A stretch of DNA of 64,000 nucleotides from an uncultured Prevotella sp. (GTDB lineage Bacteria; Bacteroidota; Bacteroidia; Bacteroidales; Bacteroidaceae). The stretch lies in NCBI GenBank assembly GCA_900543975.1, contig UQTI01000004.1, positions 1,474-65,473 on the forward strand, read 5' to 3'. Shown here in pieces: positions 30,846 through 40,719 of this stretch (its first letter is position 1; each line of letters begins with the position of its first letter). A program made the translations under genes and the position numbers. The notes under the pieces are model-generated. The model worked only from the letters and a program-made list of their open reading frames with translations, did no database searches and had not been told where the DNA came from.

Positions 30846-30935
30846 TTATTTACATACCTCGACACTTCTGGCTCCGTTCTGAAGTCGAATTCGAATAATG
30901 ATGCTTAGCAAACCGATGAGCAATATTGTATTCAT
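30846..30935 (-). CDS. candidate branched-chain-amino-acid-rich leader peptide upstream of leuA (MNTILLIGLLSIIIRIRLQNGARSVEVCK)
   Basis: 29-codon ORF about 180 nt upstream of leuA on the same strand. 11 of the first 16 codons are Leu/Ile. A hairpin lies between it and leuA. Confidence 0.25.
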   Translation of the reverse strand: MNTILLIGLLSIIIRIRLQNGARSVEVCK

Positions 30936-31065
30936 ATTTATTGTTTTTTTGATTATTTGATTGCAAAGGTAATAATATTATCGCAACAAACAAAAGAAAT
31001 TATAACTTTTTTAGCACTATTTCTTACAAATTGCCACTTCATCATTTGTTTGAGACATTCATAAG

Positions 31066-31142
31066 AATACAAAAATCGCATGTATGCCTCTCGCTTTCAA
31101 CACACTAATGAATGTATCAAGCCAAAAAGAAGCATACATGCG
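31066..31142 (-). terminator. putative dnaB terminator (11-bp stem CGCATGTATGC/GCATACATGCG with a large loop, then T-run on the minus strand)
   Basis: Inverted repeat at 31077-31087 and 31132-31142, followed on the minus strand by ATTTTTGTATTC. Confidence 0.4.
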
Positions 31143-31226
31143 ACTTACCTAAACATTTTTTTAGAAAAGCGATCCATCCGATCTTATAAAGCGATCCTGC
31201 GGGTCTTAAAAGGCGCACCATAGGGT

Positions 31227-32795
31227 TTAGAAAGGCATTCCATCAGGCAGAGGCGCCAGATCATCACCATAGGGATCAGGCATAGAGCCGTTCACAGCCG
31301 AAGCCCCGAACGGATCATCGTTGGCAGCAGGAGCGCCACCAAGCTTGCTACCGATAAGACCTTCTGGCGGAACATCCTCTCCTGCCCCGCTGTTCTTACG
31401 GGGCGTTGGGTCTTGGAAGCGTGTAAACTCGCCACGGAACGTGAGGAGCACATCGCCCACAGCACCCTTACGATGCTTTGCTATAATGATCTGAGCCATG
31501 CCGCGAAGGTCATTACCCTTTTCATCCTCAAAGATGTGATAATACTCAGGACGATGAACAAAGAGCACCATATCGGCATCCTGCTCGATGGCTCCCGACT
31601 CACGAAGGTCGCTAAGCTGCGGACGCTTTCCTTCAAGACCTTCACGGTTCTCAACCGTACGGTTAAGCTGCGACAGCGCAAGGATAGGGATGTCAAGCTC
31701 TTTGGCCAAACCCTTTAGCGACTGCGATATTTTTGACACCTCCTCCTGTCGGCTACCAAACTTCATGCCGTTGGCGTTCATGAGCTGAAGATAGTCGATC
31801 ATCAAGATCTTTACACCTTTTTCCTTAACAAGACGGCGTGCCTTCGTTCGAAGCTCAAAGATAGAAAGACCAGGCGTGTCGTCTATATATAAAGGTGCAC
31901 CCTGAAGGTTGCCTATACGTTTGTCCAGACGGTCCCACTCGTCAGGCGTGAGCTGACCGTTAAGCATTTTGTTACCCGGAATCTCACACACATTACTTAT
32001 AAGGCGGTTCACCAGCTGCACATTGTTCATCTCAAGCGAGAAGAACGCTATGGGCACATGATAGTCGACAGCTATGTTCTTTGCAAGCGACAGAGCAAAC
32101 GAGGTCTTACCCATGGCAGGACGTCCGGCTATGATGACAAGGTCCGAACTCTGCCATCCGCTCGTCTTCTCGTCAAGCTTCACATAACCTGTCGGAACAC
32201 CCGTCAATCCGCCGTCGTTGGCAGACGCTTTCTGCAGAATCTCCACAGCCTTGGCAATCACGGGGTCCACCTGAACATAGTCTTTCTTCATGTTGCGCTG
32301 AGACAACTCGAAGAGGCTACCCTCAGCTTCCTGCATAAGTTCCTCCACGTCAACCGTATCGTCAAACGCCTTCGTCTCTATGACGCTGGCAAAAGAGATG
32401 AGCTGCCGGGCAAGAAATTTTTGTGCAAGAATGCGGGCATGATACTCTATGTTAGCCGAAGAAGCCACGTTAGAGCTTAGTTCCACAATATATGCGGCAC
32501 CTCCTACCGAGTCGAGCGTTCCCTCACGCTTCAGCTCGTCTGTAACGGTCATAATGTCTACAGGATGCTCGTTTACGTTAAGCGTCTGTATGGCTGTAAA
32601 AATTTTCTGATGACGTGGTTCGTAGAAGGTCTCAGGACGTATGATCTCTGAAATTATAGAGAACGCATCTTTATCAATCATCAGGGCACCAAGAACAACG
32701 CGCTCAAAGTCGAGGGCTTGAGGTTGAAGATGTCCGTAGGTGTTGTCAATAGGTGTTGGGGCCTTATGTCGTGTATTCGTTTTGTTATCTGCCAT
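31227..32795 (-). CDS. dnaB: replicative DNA helicase
   Basis: 522 aa with a DnaB N-terminal domain, Walker A (GRPAMGKTSFAL) and a RecA-like C-terminal domain, plus a Gly/Pro-rich C-terminal extension. Confidence 0.9.
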   Translation of the reverse strand: MADNKTNTRHKAPTPIDNTYGHLQPQALDFERVVLGALMIDKDAFSIISEIIRPETFYEPRHQKIFTAIQTLNVNEHPVDIMTVTDELKREGTLDSVGGAAYIVELSSNVASSANIEYHARILAQKFLARQLISFASVIETKAFDDTVDVEELMQEAEGSLFELSQRNMKKDYVQVDPVIAKAVEILQKASANDGGLTGVPTGYVKLDEKTSGWQSSDLVIIAGRPAMGKTSFALSLAKNIAVDYHVPIAFFSLEMNNVQLVNRLISNVCEIPGNKMLNGQLTPDEWDRLDKRIGNLQGAPLYIDDTPGLSIFELRTKARRLVKEKGVKILMIDYLQLMNANGMKFGSRQEEVSKISQSLKGLAKELDIPILALSQLNRTVENREGLEGKRPQLSDLRESGAIEQDADMVLFVHRPEYYHIFEDEKGNDLRGMAQIIIAKHRKGAVGDVLLTFRGEFTRFQDPTPRKNSGAGEDVPPEGLIGSKLGGAPAANDDPFGASAVNGSMPDPYGDDLAPLPDGMPF

Positions 32796-32900
32796 TTTTT
32801 ATTCCATTTGTCTTTATTCCCGTTTTCCACGTTTTTATTAAAATACATTTTTTAGATATGTTCTTTTATAAAAACAGATTTTCAAAAACAGAAATTAATG

Positions 32901-33533
32901 TCATTTCATTGCCTCTAATGCTTCATCAAGCTTTCGCACACCTTCCTCCGTGCATATTCCTCTTACATAAAGAAGGGTCAGGTTGTGCAAGATATAGCCA
33001 AGCTTAAACTCACGATACATCTGCGTGCGCATTACATATTCCATTGACGAGTCGCAGATACGCCCAAAAATATCATAGTCAACATCATCACGGAAACAGC
33101 CCTCGTTCACGCCACGCTTGAAAAACAGCTTCTGCTTCAGGCGGCGGTCCTTGTGCTTCTGCTCAAAAAAAGCAAGCACACTCGGGTAGCGATGAAGTTC
33201 CTCAAAATAAAGCGGATTGATGTTTGCCGATTGCTTGATCTGCAGATTGTAAAACTCGATAATTGTTTCTATAACATTATGTTCGTCGCTTTCAACAAAC
33301 CGTGTCATGTAAGCGTCAATATCTTCCTCATACATCTTCATTCCTTCAAGAAGAAGCGTCTCCTTGTTAGAATAGATTTCATAGAGTGTACGCTTCGAGA
33401 TGCCAAGCCTGCTTGCTATGTCGTCCATCTTCACGGCTCTGACACCATGCTTGCGAAACTCTTCCATGGAAGCGGCGAGAATGCGCTCACGAAGCTCTTT
33501 GCGATATGCTGTAGGACTGTTATTTTTTTGCAT
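32901..33533 (-). CDS. TetR/AcrR family transcriptional regulator
   Basis: 210 aa with an N-terminal HTH (FRKHGVRAVKMDDIASRLGISKRTLYEIYSNKE). Divergent from maeB. Confidence 0.8.
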   Translation of the reverse strand: MQKNNSPTAYRKELRERILAASMEEFRKHGVRAVKMDDIASRLGISKRTLYEIYSNKETLLLEGMKMYEEDIDAYMTRFVESDEHNVIETIIEFYNLQIKQSANINPLYFEELHRYPSVLAFFEQKHKDRRLKQKLFFKRGVNEGCFRDDVDYDIFGRICDSSMEYVMRTQMYREFKLGYILHNLTLLYVRGICTEEGVRKLDEALEAMK

Positions 33534-33734
33534 AATAATTTCTTTTGCTCACAAAGTTACAAAAAAAATGTAAAACCTGTGATTTTTCGAAAGTTTTTAT
33601 TAATTTTGTCGTACTTTTAGCATCCCGAAAGCAACAGGAAAGCAATATCGCTCAACAAGACATCCCGCAATAACATTTTTACATCCCACAAAAAAACAAC
33701 TGAAATTAAAAACTCTTTATAATAAAAGAACGCT

Positions 33735-36029
33735 ATGGTCAAAATTACAAAAGAGGCCGCCCTGGAGTATCATAACAACGGGCGCCCTGGAAAAATTGAA
33801 GTAAAACCGACAAAACCCTACCACACGCAGACCGACCTCAGCCTGGCCTATTCGCCTGGTGTGGCCTATCCGTGTCTGGAGATTCAGGAAAATCCCGACT
33901 CTGTTTACAAGTACACAGACAAGGGCAACTTGGTAGCTGTCATCTCTAACGGCACAGCTGTGTTGGGATTGGGCGACATCGGCGCAATGAGCGGCAAGCC
34001 AGTAATGGAAGGCAAGGGTCTGTTGTTCAAGATCTACGGCGGCATCGACGTGTTCGACATCGAGGTGGCCGAGAAAGACCCCGAGAAGTTCTGCGAGGCC
34101 GTGGAGAAGATTGCGCCCACATTCGGCGGCATCAACCTTGAGGACATCAAGGCTCCCGAGTGTTTCTACATCGAGGAGCGCTTGAAGAAGAACCTCGACA
34201 TACCCGTCATGCACGACGACCAGCACGGCACAGCCATCATTTCTGCTGCCGGTCTGAAGAACGCTCTTGAGGTGGCTGGCAAGAACATCGCCGATGTCAA
34301 GATTGTGGTCAATGGTGCTGGAGCAGCTGCCATTAGCTGCACCAAGCTCTATGTGGCATTGGGAGCAAAGGTAGAGAACATCGTGATGCTCGACTCGAAG
34401 GGCGTCATCACCTCCGACCGTGAGAACCTCACACCACAGAAGAAGCTCTTCGCTACCGACCGCCGCGACGTCCACACCCTCAAGGAGGCCGTTGTCGGAG
34501 CCGACGTGTTTGTAGGCCTCTCCAAGGGCAACGTTCTGTCACAAGACATGATACGCTCCATGGCCGACAGCCCCATCGTCTTCGCCCTCGCCAACCCCGT
34601 GCCTGAAATCAGCTACGAGGATGCCATGGCAAGCCGTCCCGACGTGCTCATGTCTACAGGCCGAAGCGACTATCCCAACCAGATCAACAACGTGATCGGA
34701 TTCCCCTACATCTTCCGCGGAGCTCTCGACGTTCACGCCAAAGCCATTAACGAAGAGATGAAGATGGCTGCCGTCAATGCCATCGCCGATCTGGCCAAGC
34801 AGCCTGTACCCGATGTCGTGAACGATGTTTATCATGTCAACAACCTCACCTTCGGTCCTAAATATTTCATCCCGAAACCCGTCGACCCACGCCTCATAAC
34901 AGAGGTGAGCGCAGCCGTGGCAAAGGCAGCCATAAAGAGCGGCGTGGCAAGAAAGACCATTACCGACTGGGATGCCTACAAGAAGAGCCTCATGGAGCTG
35001 CTCGGTCAGGAGTCGAAGCTCACACGCAAGCTCCACGACACGGCTCGTCTGCACCCGCAACGCGTAGTGTTTGCCGAGGGAGGACACCCGACCATGATGA
35101 AGGCTGCCGTCCAGGCCAAGACCGAGGGCATCTGCCAGCCCATCCTGCTCGGCAACCCCGACCGTCTGAACCGTCTGGCCCAGCGCCTGAAGCTCGACCT
35201 CTCCGACATAGAGATCATCGACATGCGTGCAGACCAGGAGCAGGGCCGTCGTGCCACATACGCCAAGCACCTCGCAAAGAAGCGTGCCCGTCAGGGCTAC
35301 AACTTCGAGGAGGCTTATGACAAGATGTACGAACGCAACTATTTCGGAATGATGATGGTTGAGACAGGCGAGGCCGATGCCTTCATAACGGGTCTCTACA
35401 CCAAATATTCAAACACCATCAAGGTGGCAAAAGAGGTGGTGGGCATTCGTCCAGAATACAAGACCTTCGCTACGATGCACATCCTCAACACAAAGAAGGG
35501 AACCTTCTATATCGCCGACACGCTCATAAACCGTCACCCCGACGAGAACGTGCTGATGGACGTTGCCAAGCTGTCGGCCCACACCGTACAGTTCTTTAAC
35601 GAGGAGCCACACATCGCCATGATCAGCTACTCCAACTTCGGTACCGACGAGGTGGGCTCGCCAATGAAGGTTCACCTGGCTGTTGAAGAGATGCAGAAGC
35701 AGTATCCTTACCTCGCCATCGATGGTGAGATGCAGGTCAACTTCGCCCTTAACAAGGAGTTACGCGACGACAAGTATCCGTTCTCACGCCTCAAGGGTCT
35801 TGATGTCAACACACTCGTGTTCCCCAACATGAGCAGCGCCAACAGCAGCTACAAGCTGCTCCAGGCTCTTGACCCCGATGCCGAGATCATTGGCCCGATC
35901 CAGATGGGTCTGAACAAGCCTATCCACTTTACCGACTTCGAGAGCTCGGTTCGCGACATCGTCAACGTTACAGCTGTTGCCGTGATCGACGCCTACGTTG
36001 ATAAGGTGAAGAAGAACGCCGACAACTAA
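33735..36029 (+). CDS. maeB: NADP-dependent malic enzyme (malic enzyme domain plus phosphotransacetylase-like C-terminal domain)
   Basis: 764 aa with malic enzyme N- and NAD-binding domains (GLGDIGA) and a C-terminal PTA-like domain. Confidence 0.9.
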   Translation: MVKITKEAALEYHNNGRPGKIEVKPTKPYHTQTDLSLAYSPGVAYPCLEIQENPDSVYKYTDKGNLVAVISNGTAVLGLGDIGAMSGKPVMEGKGLLFKIYGGIDVFDIEVAEKDPEKFCEAVEKIAPTFGGINLEDIKAPECFYIEERLKKNLDIPVMHDDQHGTAIISAAGLKNALEVAGKNIADVKIVVNGAGAAAISCTKLYVALGAKVENIVMLDSKGVITSDRENLTPQKKLFATDRRDVHTLKEAVVGADVFVGLSKGNVLSQDMIRSMADSPIVFALANPVPEISYEDAMASRPDVLMSTGRSDYPNQINNVIGFPYIFRGALDVHAKAINEEMKMAAVNAIADLAKQPVPDVVNDVYHVNNLTFGPKYFIPKPVDPRLITEVSAAVAKAAIKSGVARKTITDWDAYKKSLMELLGQESKLTRKLHDTARLHPQRVVFAEGGHPTMMKAAVQAKTEGICQPILLGNPDRLNRLAQRLKLDLSDIEIIDMRADQEQGRRATYAKHLAKKRARQGYNFEEAYDKMYERNYFGMMMVETGEADAFITGLYTKYSNTIKVAKEVVGIRPEYKTFATMHILNTKKGTFYIADTLINRHPDENVLMDVAKLSAHTVQFFNEEPHIAMISYSNFGTDEVGSPMKVHLAVEEMQKQYPYLAIDGEMQVNFALNKELRDDKYPFSRLKGLDVNTLVFPNMSSANSSYKLLQALDPDAEIIGPIQMGLNKPIHFTDFESSVRDIVNVTAVAVIDAYVDKVKKNADN

Positions 36030-36043
36030 TAAAAGATAAAGGA

Positions 36044-36102
36044 GAAGGCAACTGCTACATACATTATATATATATGTATGTGGTTCAGTTGCCTTCTTTT
36101 TT
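36044..36102 (+). terminator. rho-independent terminator after maeB
   Basis: GAAGGCAACTG...CAGTTGCCTTC, an 11-bp stem, followed by TTTTTT. Confidence 0.6.
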
Positions 36103-36132
36103 AAAAAACATAGACCTATAAAAACTTTTATT

Positions 36133-36972
36133 ATGATCACTTTCCCTTGCGCCAAAATTAACCTCGGTCTTAACGTCATCAACAAACGGCCCGACGGCTA
36201 CCACAACATAGAGACCATTTTCTACCCCATCCCCCTTAACGACGCCTTAGAGATAAAACTCATGGACGACAGATTTCCTTCAAAACAAAACTGCGACTTG
36301 AAGGTTACGGGCAAAGGCGTCGACTGTAACGAGGAAGACAACATTGTTGTAAAAGCATACAATCTGCTGAGCAAAGATTTTGTCTTGCCACGCATACACG
36401 CTCATCTTTACAAGAACATACCGTCACAAGCCGGACTGGGTGGCGGCTCCTCCGATGCCGCTTTCATGATCAGACTGCTCGACGAGCGCTTCCGCCTGAA
36501 CATCGGAAACGCGGAGATGGAACGCTACGCCGCCATGCTGGGAGCCGACTGCGCTTTCTTCATAACAGCCGAACCGTCATTTGCCACAGGCATAGGCGAG
36601 GTGCTCTCGCCTGCCGACTCGCCCCAGGGCAACCTCAACGGCTATCATCTGGTTGTGGTAAAGGACGATGTGGCTGTGTCTACAAAAGAGGCTTACGCCC
36701 AGATCACGCCAGCCAAGCCTCAAGTGTGTTGCAAAGACATCGTGAAGATGCCTATCGACAAATGGAAGGACCTTCTCACCAACGACTTTGAGGAACCTGC
36801 CTTCAAAGCCCATCCTGTGCTTGCCGAGATCAAGCAGAAGCTCTACGCCTTGGGAGCAGCCTATGCCCAGATGAGCGGAAGCGGAAGCGCCATGTTCGGC
36901 ATTTTCAAGAACAAGCCCGTCATACCTGAAGGCACATTCGGAAAGGCTGATGTTTATGTCATGCAGCTTTAA
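36133..36972 (+). CDS. ispE: 4-(cytidine 5'-diphospho)-2-C-methyl-D-erythritol kinase
   Basis: 279 aa GHMP kinase (KINLGLNV... GLGGGSSDAA). Confidence 0.85.
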   Translation: MITFPCAKINLGLNVINKRPDGYHNIETIFYPIPLNDALEIKLMDDRFPSKQNCDLKVTGKGVDCNEEDNIVVKAYNLLSKDFVLPRIHAHLYKNIPSQAGLGGGSSDAAFMIRLLDERFRLNIGNAEMERYAAMLGADCAFFITAEPSFATGIGEVLSPADSPQGNLNGYHLVVVKDDVAVSTKEAYAQITPAKPQVCCKDIVKMPIDKWKDLLTNDFEEPAFKAHPVLAEIKQKLYALGAAYAQMSGSGSAMFGIFKNKPVIPEGTFGKADVYVMQL

Positions 36973-36987
36973 AAAACAGAAAAAACA

Positions 36988-37521
36988 ATGGACAACAAAA
37001 ACGAACTGTTTCCTCTCGTCAATGAAGACGGACAGGTTCTTGGAAGCATCACAAGAGGCAAAGCCCACGACGGCAGCAAGCTATTGCACCCCGTTGTGCA
37101 TCTGCATCTCTTCAACTCTCATGGCCAGCTTTACCTGCAAAAGCGTCCCGAATGGAAGGACATTCAGCCAGGCAAATGGGATACTGCCTGTGGCGGACAC
37201 ATCGACTATGGCGAAACCGTAGAGGCAGCCCTTTCACGCGAGGTGCGCGAGGAGCTTGGCGTAACATCGTTCAAGCCTCTGTTTATAAAGAAATATGTGT
37301 TCGAGAGTGCCCGCGAACGTGAGCTTGTTCATGTTCACGCCACCACCTACGACGGCCCTGTCGCACCATCAAAAAACGAGCTCGACGGCGGACGCTTCTG
37401 GTCACGCGAGGAGATTGCAGCAAACATCGAAAAGAACGTTTTCACGCCCAACTTTGAGAGCGAATACACGAAAGTGGTGCTTCCATGGCTTGAAGCCACC
37501 TGTAAAGATACAACATTTTAA
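36988..37521 (+). CDS. NUDIX hydrolase
   Basis: 177 aa with a Nudix box (GGHIDYGETVEAALSREVREELGV). Confidence 0.75.
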   Translation: MDNKNELFPLVNEDGQVLGSITRGKAHDGSKLLHPVVHLHLFNSHGQLYLQKRPEWKDIQPGKWDTACGGHIDYGETVEAALSREVREELGVTSFKPLFIKKYVFESARERELVHVHATTYDGPVAPSKNELDGGRFWSREEIAANIEKNVFTPNFESEYTKVVLPWLEATCKDTTF

Positions 37522-37526
37522 GCAAT

Positions 37527-38009
37527 ATGGACATAAAGAAAATAATAAACCCATGGATAGGAATGGAGGGCTACAACTGCATTGGCTGCTCCCCTGACAA
37601 CCCGTTCGGCCTGCACCTCTGCTTCTACGAGGATGGCGACGACATCGTTACAACATGGAAGCCATCGCCTCTCTATCAAGGATGGCTCAACACGCTTCAT
37701 GGCGGCATACAGGCCCTGCTGCTGGACGAGGTGTGCGGATGGGTTGTAACACGCAAGTTGCAGACGGCTGGCGTGACGTCAAAGATGGAGACACGCTACA
37801 AACGCCCCGTCTCGACAAACGACACGGAGCTTACCGTGAGAGCACACATAAGAGAGCAAAGGCGCAACATCGTCATCATAGATGCCACCCTATCCAGCTC
37901 TAACGGCGTTGTGTGTACAGAAGCCACCTGCACCTATTTTGCGTTACCACGCGAGAAGGCAGAGAAAGAAATGCACTTTGTGGCTTGCAAAACAGAAGGA
38001 GAAGAGTGA
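37527..38009 (+). CDS. PaaI-type hotdog-fold thioesterase
   Basis: 160 aa (LHGGIQALLLDEVCGW), hotdog thioesterase family. Confidence 0.7.
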   Translation: MDIKKIINPWIGMEGYNCIGCSPDNPFGLHLCFYEDGDDIVTTWKPSPLYQGWLNTLHGGIQALLLDEVCGWVVTRKLQTAGVTSKMETRYKRPVSTNDTELTVRAHIREQRRNIVIIDATLSSSNGVVCTEATCTYFALPREKAEKEMHFVACKTEGEE

Positions 38010-38090
38010 GTGGTTACCAATGAGAGATAACCAAATAACCAAACAAACAAACAAGCAAACAAGCAAACAAGCAAGCAATAAATAGAAAAA

Positions 38091-38128
38091 GTGTTCGCTA
38101 AAACAAACCTTAGCGAACACTTTTTTTT
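38091..38128. terminator. bidirectional intrinsic terminator between the convergent thioesterase and ettA genes
   Basis: GTGTTCGCTAA...TTAGCGAACAC with a T8 run on the + strand and a T-rich run on the minus strand. Confidence 0.6.
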
Positions 38129-38148
38129 ATCTTTTATTTCAAAGCCTC

Positions 38149-39846
38149 TTAATCTTCCATCAACTTGCGGTAGCGGCCCTTCTTTATGTCCTCATTACCA
38201 AGGCGTCGTGCCTTGTTAATCTCATAATCAGAGTAGCTACCCTCGAAGAAGAACACCTCGCCATTGCCCTCAAAGGCAAGGATGTGCGTACAGATACGGT
38301 CAAGGAACCAACGGTCGTGGCTGATCACAACAGCACAGCCGGCAAAGCCCTCAAGACCCTCCTCCAAAGCACGCAGGGTGTTGACATCGATGTCGTTGGT
38401 CGGCTCGTCGAGCAACAGCACGTTGCCCTCCTGCTTCAGAGCAAGAGCCAGCTGCAAGCGGTTACGCTCACCACCCGACAGGGTGCCACAGAGCTTGCTC
38501 TGGTCCGTGCCGGCAAAGTTGAAGCGTGAGATGTAGGCACGGGCGTTGACATCGCGTCCACCCATGCGTATGGTCTCGTTGCCCTGGCTTACCGTTTCAT
38601 AAACCGACTTCTCGGGATCAATATCCTTATGCTGCTGATCCACATAGGCCAGCTTCACGGTCTCGCCCACCTCAAAGGTTCCGCCATCGGCCTGTTCCAA
38701 GCCCATGATCATGCGGAAGAGCGTGGTCTTGCCTGCGCCGTTAGGACCGATCACGCCCACAATGCCGTTAGGCGGCAACATGAAGTTGAGGTCGTTGAAG
38801 AGCACCTTCTCGCCAAAAGCCTTCTTCACATGCTGAGCCTCGATGACCTTGTTGCCGAGGCGCGGACCGTTAGGAATGAAGATCTCAAGCTTCTCCTCGC
38901 GCTCCTTCTGCTCCTGTCCGAGCATCTGCTCATAAGCGTTAAGACGGGCCTTACCCTTAGCCTGACGGGCCTTGGGAGCCATGTGTGCCCATTCGAGCTC
39001 TCGCTCCAACGCCTTACGACGTTTCGAGGCCTGCTTCTCCTCCTGCATCATGCGCTTGGTCTTCTGGTCAAGCCATGACGAGTAGTTGCCGTGCCATGGA
39101 ATGCCCTCACCGCGGTCGAGCTCAAGGATCCACTCGCTCACATCGTCAAGGAAGTAGCGGTCGTGGGTCACGGCAATAACCGTTCCCTCATACTGCTGCA
39201 AGTGCTGCTCCAACCAGTCTATGCTCTCTGCATCAAGGTGGTTCGTAGGCTCGTCAAGCAGGAGCACATCAGGCTTCTGAAGGAGCAAACGGCAGAGGGC
39301 CACACGTCGGCGCTCACCTCCCGAGAGGTTCGTCACAGGCCAGTCGCCCGGTGGACAACGCAGGGCAGCCATGGCGCGGTCAAGCTTCGAGTCCATGTTC
39401 CAGGCATCGGTAGCGTCAATGATGTCCTGCACCTCAGCCTGACGTTGCATGAGCTTGTCCATCTTGTCGGCATCGCTATAATACTCCTCCAAGCCAAACT
39501 TGAGGTTTATATCCTCATATTCCTTTAGAGCATCATAAGCCTTCTGCACACCCTCCATCACGTTCTCCTTCACCGTCTTGTTCTCGTCAAGAGGCGGATC
39601 CTGGGGCAGATAGCCCACGGTATAGCCTGGGCTCCAAACCACCTCACCTTGTGTGGGTTGCTCTAAGCCAGCAATAATTTTCATCAAGGTCGACTTACCT
39701 GCTCCGTTCAGACCTATAATGCCAATCTTAGCACCATAGAAGAACGAGAGATAGATGTCCTTCAATATCTGCTTTCGGTTTTGGGGAATGATCTTCGACA
39801 CTCCCACCATCGAGAAGATAATTTTCTTGTCGTCTACTGTTGCCAT
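38149..39846 (-). CDS. ettA: energy-dependent translational throttle protein EttA (ABC-F ATPase)
   Basis: 565 aa with two ABC domains (GLNGAGKST, GPNGAGKTT), an arm/linker with the PtIM, and no TM domain. Confidence 0.9.
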   Translation of the reverse strand: MATVDDKKIIFSMVGVSKIIPQNRKQILKDIYLSFFYGAKIGIIGLNGAGKSTLMKIIAGLEQPTQGEVVWSPGYTVGYLPQDPPLDENKTVKENVMEGVQKAYDALKEYEDINLKFGLEEYYSDADKMDKLMQRQAEVQDIIDATDAWNMDSKLDRAMAALRCPPGDWPVTNLSGGERRRVALCRLLLQKPDVLLLDEPTNHLDAESIDWLEQHLQQYEGTVIAVTHDRYFLDDVSEWILELDRGEGIPWHGNYSSWLDQKTKRMMQEEKQASKRRKALERELEWAHMAPKARQAKGKARLNAYEQMLGQEQKEREEKLEIFIPNGPRLGNKVIEAQHVKKAFGEKVLFNDLNFMLPPNGIVGVIGPNGAGKTTLFRMIMGLEQADGGTFEVGETVKLAYVDQQHKDIDPEKSVYETVSQGNETIRMGGRDVNARAYISRFNFAGTDQSKLCGTLSGGERNRLQLALALKQEGNVLLLDEPTNDIDVNTLRALEEGLEGFAGCAVVISHDRWFLDRICTHILAFEGNGEVFFFEGSYSDYEINKARRLGNEDIKKGRYRKLMED

Positions 39847-40181
39847 TTTTTAAAAATTGGTGTTGTTAATAGTTTAGGCAGTAAAATTACAAAAAAAATC
39901 TGACATTTTCGCCCCTTTTCTCAAATAAACACAAAAAACATTATCTTAACATTTTCATTTTTTCTACATTCCGTTTTTTTACTTTTCATCATTTTTCGGG
40001 TCTAAACAAACCAGCAACTGGGTAAACCGACAGCACGTCATCGGAGCGGGCTAAACACAACATTTCAAGCAAGCCAAAACGTCACTTATGGAGCGTAAAA
40101 ACGTCATAAAAGGAGCATAAGCAAGCCCTGAAAGGAGCGTAAAGGCAAGCACGCCTCTTTTAACGGGTCTTTATCTTGACA

Positions 40182-40685
40182 TTATCTGTTAGCGTCAGCA
40201 TCAGGTTCTGCTGCAATGTCGCTTTCTTCTCCCGGCAGCACATACCGTCTTAACTTGTGGTCTTCGACAAAGATGTGGTTGATGGTGAAGACGAGCGACT
40301 GAAGGGTTGCCTCCCTTACCTTTGGCTTCAGTTGACATTCCCATACCGTGATACAATGCCACCCCATGCTGGCAAGGCGTTTCTGCTCCTCCTTGTCCCT
40401 GCTTCTGTTGCGTTCAATCTTCGCTTGCCAGAAGGCAGTCCTGCTCTTTGGCATGACAAAAAGTTTGCAGCCTTCATGGCCGTGCCAAAAACAGCCGTTG
40501 ACGAAGATGACCGTGCGATACTTGCGCATCACGATGTCCGGATGTCCCGGCAGCCGCGGGTGGTTCACCCTATACCGGAACCCGTGCGCAAACAGATAGC
40601 GGCGCACCACCATTTCGGGTTTGGTTGCCTTGCTGTGTATGGATGCCATGCAGCGGCTTCGCTGCTCCTTTGTCATCTTGTCCAT
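40182..40685 (-). CDS. vsr: very short patch repair endonuclease (Vsr)
   Basis: The match to the E. coli Vsr core is direct (MTKEQRSRCMASIHSKATKPE...PGHPDIVMRKYRTVIFVNGCFWHGH...WQAKIERNRSRD...GWHCITVWECQL). The ORF could extend to 40718, but the start is probably the Met at 40685. Confidence 0.85.
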   Translation of the reverse strand: MDKMTKEQRSRCMASIHSKATKPEMVVRRYLFAHGFRYRVNHPRLPGHPDIVMRKYRTVIFVNGCFWHGHEGCKLFVMPKSRTAFWQAKIERNRSRDKEEQKRLASMGWHCITVWECQLKPKVREATLQSLVFTINHIFVEDHKLRRYVLPGEESDIAAEPDADANR

Positions 40686-40719
40686 TGTTCTGCTTTCGAT
40701 TAATGTTGCGCATTTCATA

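Noticed and set aside
30659-30865. 68-aa minus-strand ORF immediately upstream of leuA
   Set aside because: It overlaps the leuA start and the upstream hairpin. Its composition is not protein-like and it starts inside the candidate leader-peptide region. The shorter Leu/Ile-rich ORF is the more plausible feature.
33717-34475. 252-aa minus-strand ORF overlapping the 5' part of maeB
   Set aside because: It is antisense to a strongly supported malic enzyme gene, with a low-complexity Val/Leu/Gly/His-rich translation.
38030-38085. CAAACAAG low-complexity tract after the thioesterase gene as a possible regulatory repeat
   Set aside because: It is a simple A/C-rich run directly preceding a strong bidirectional terminator. 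It is most likely spacer sequence without function.
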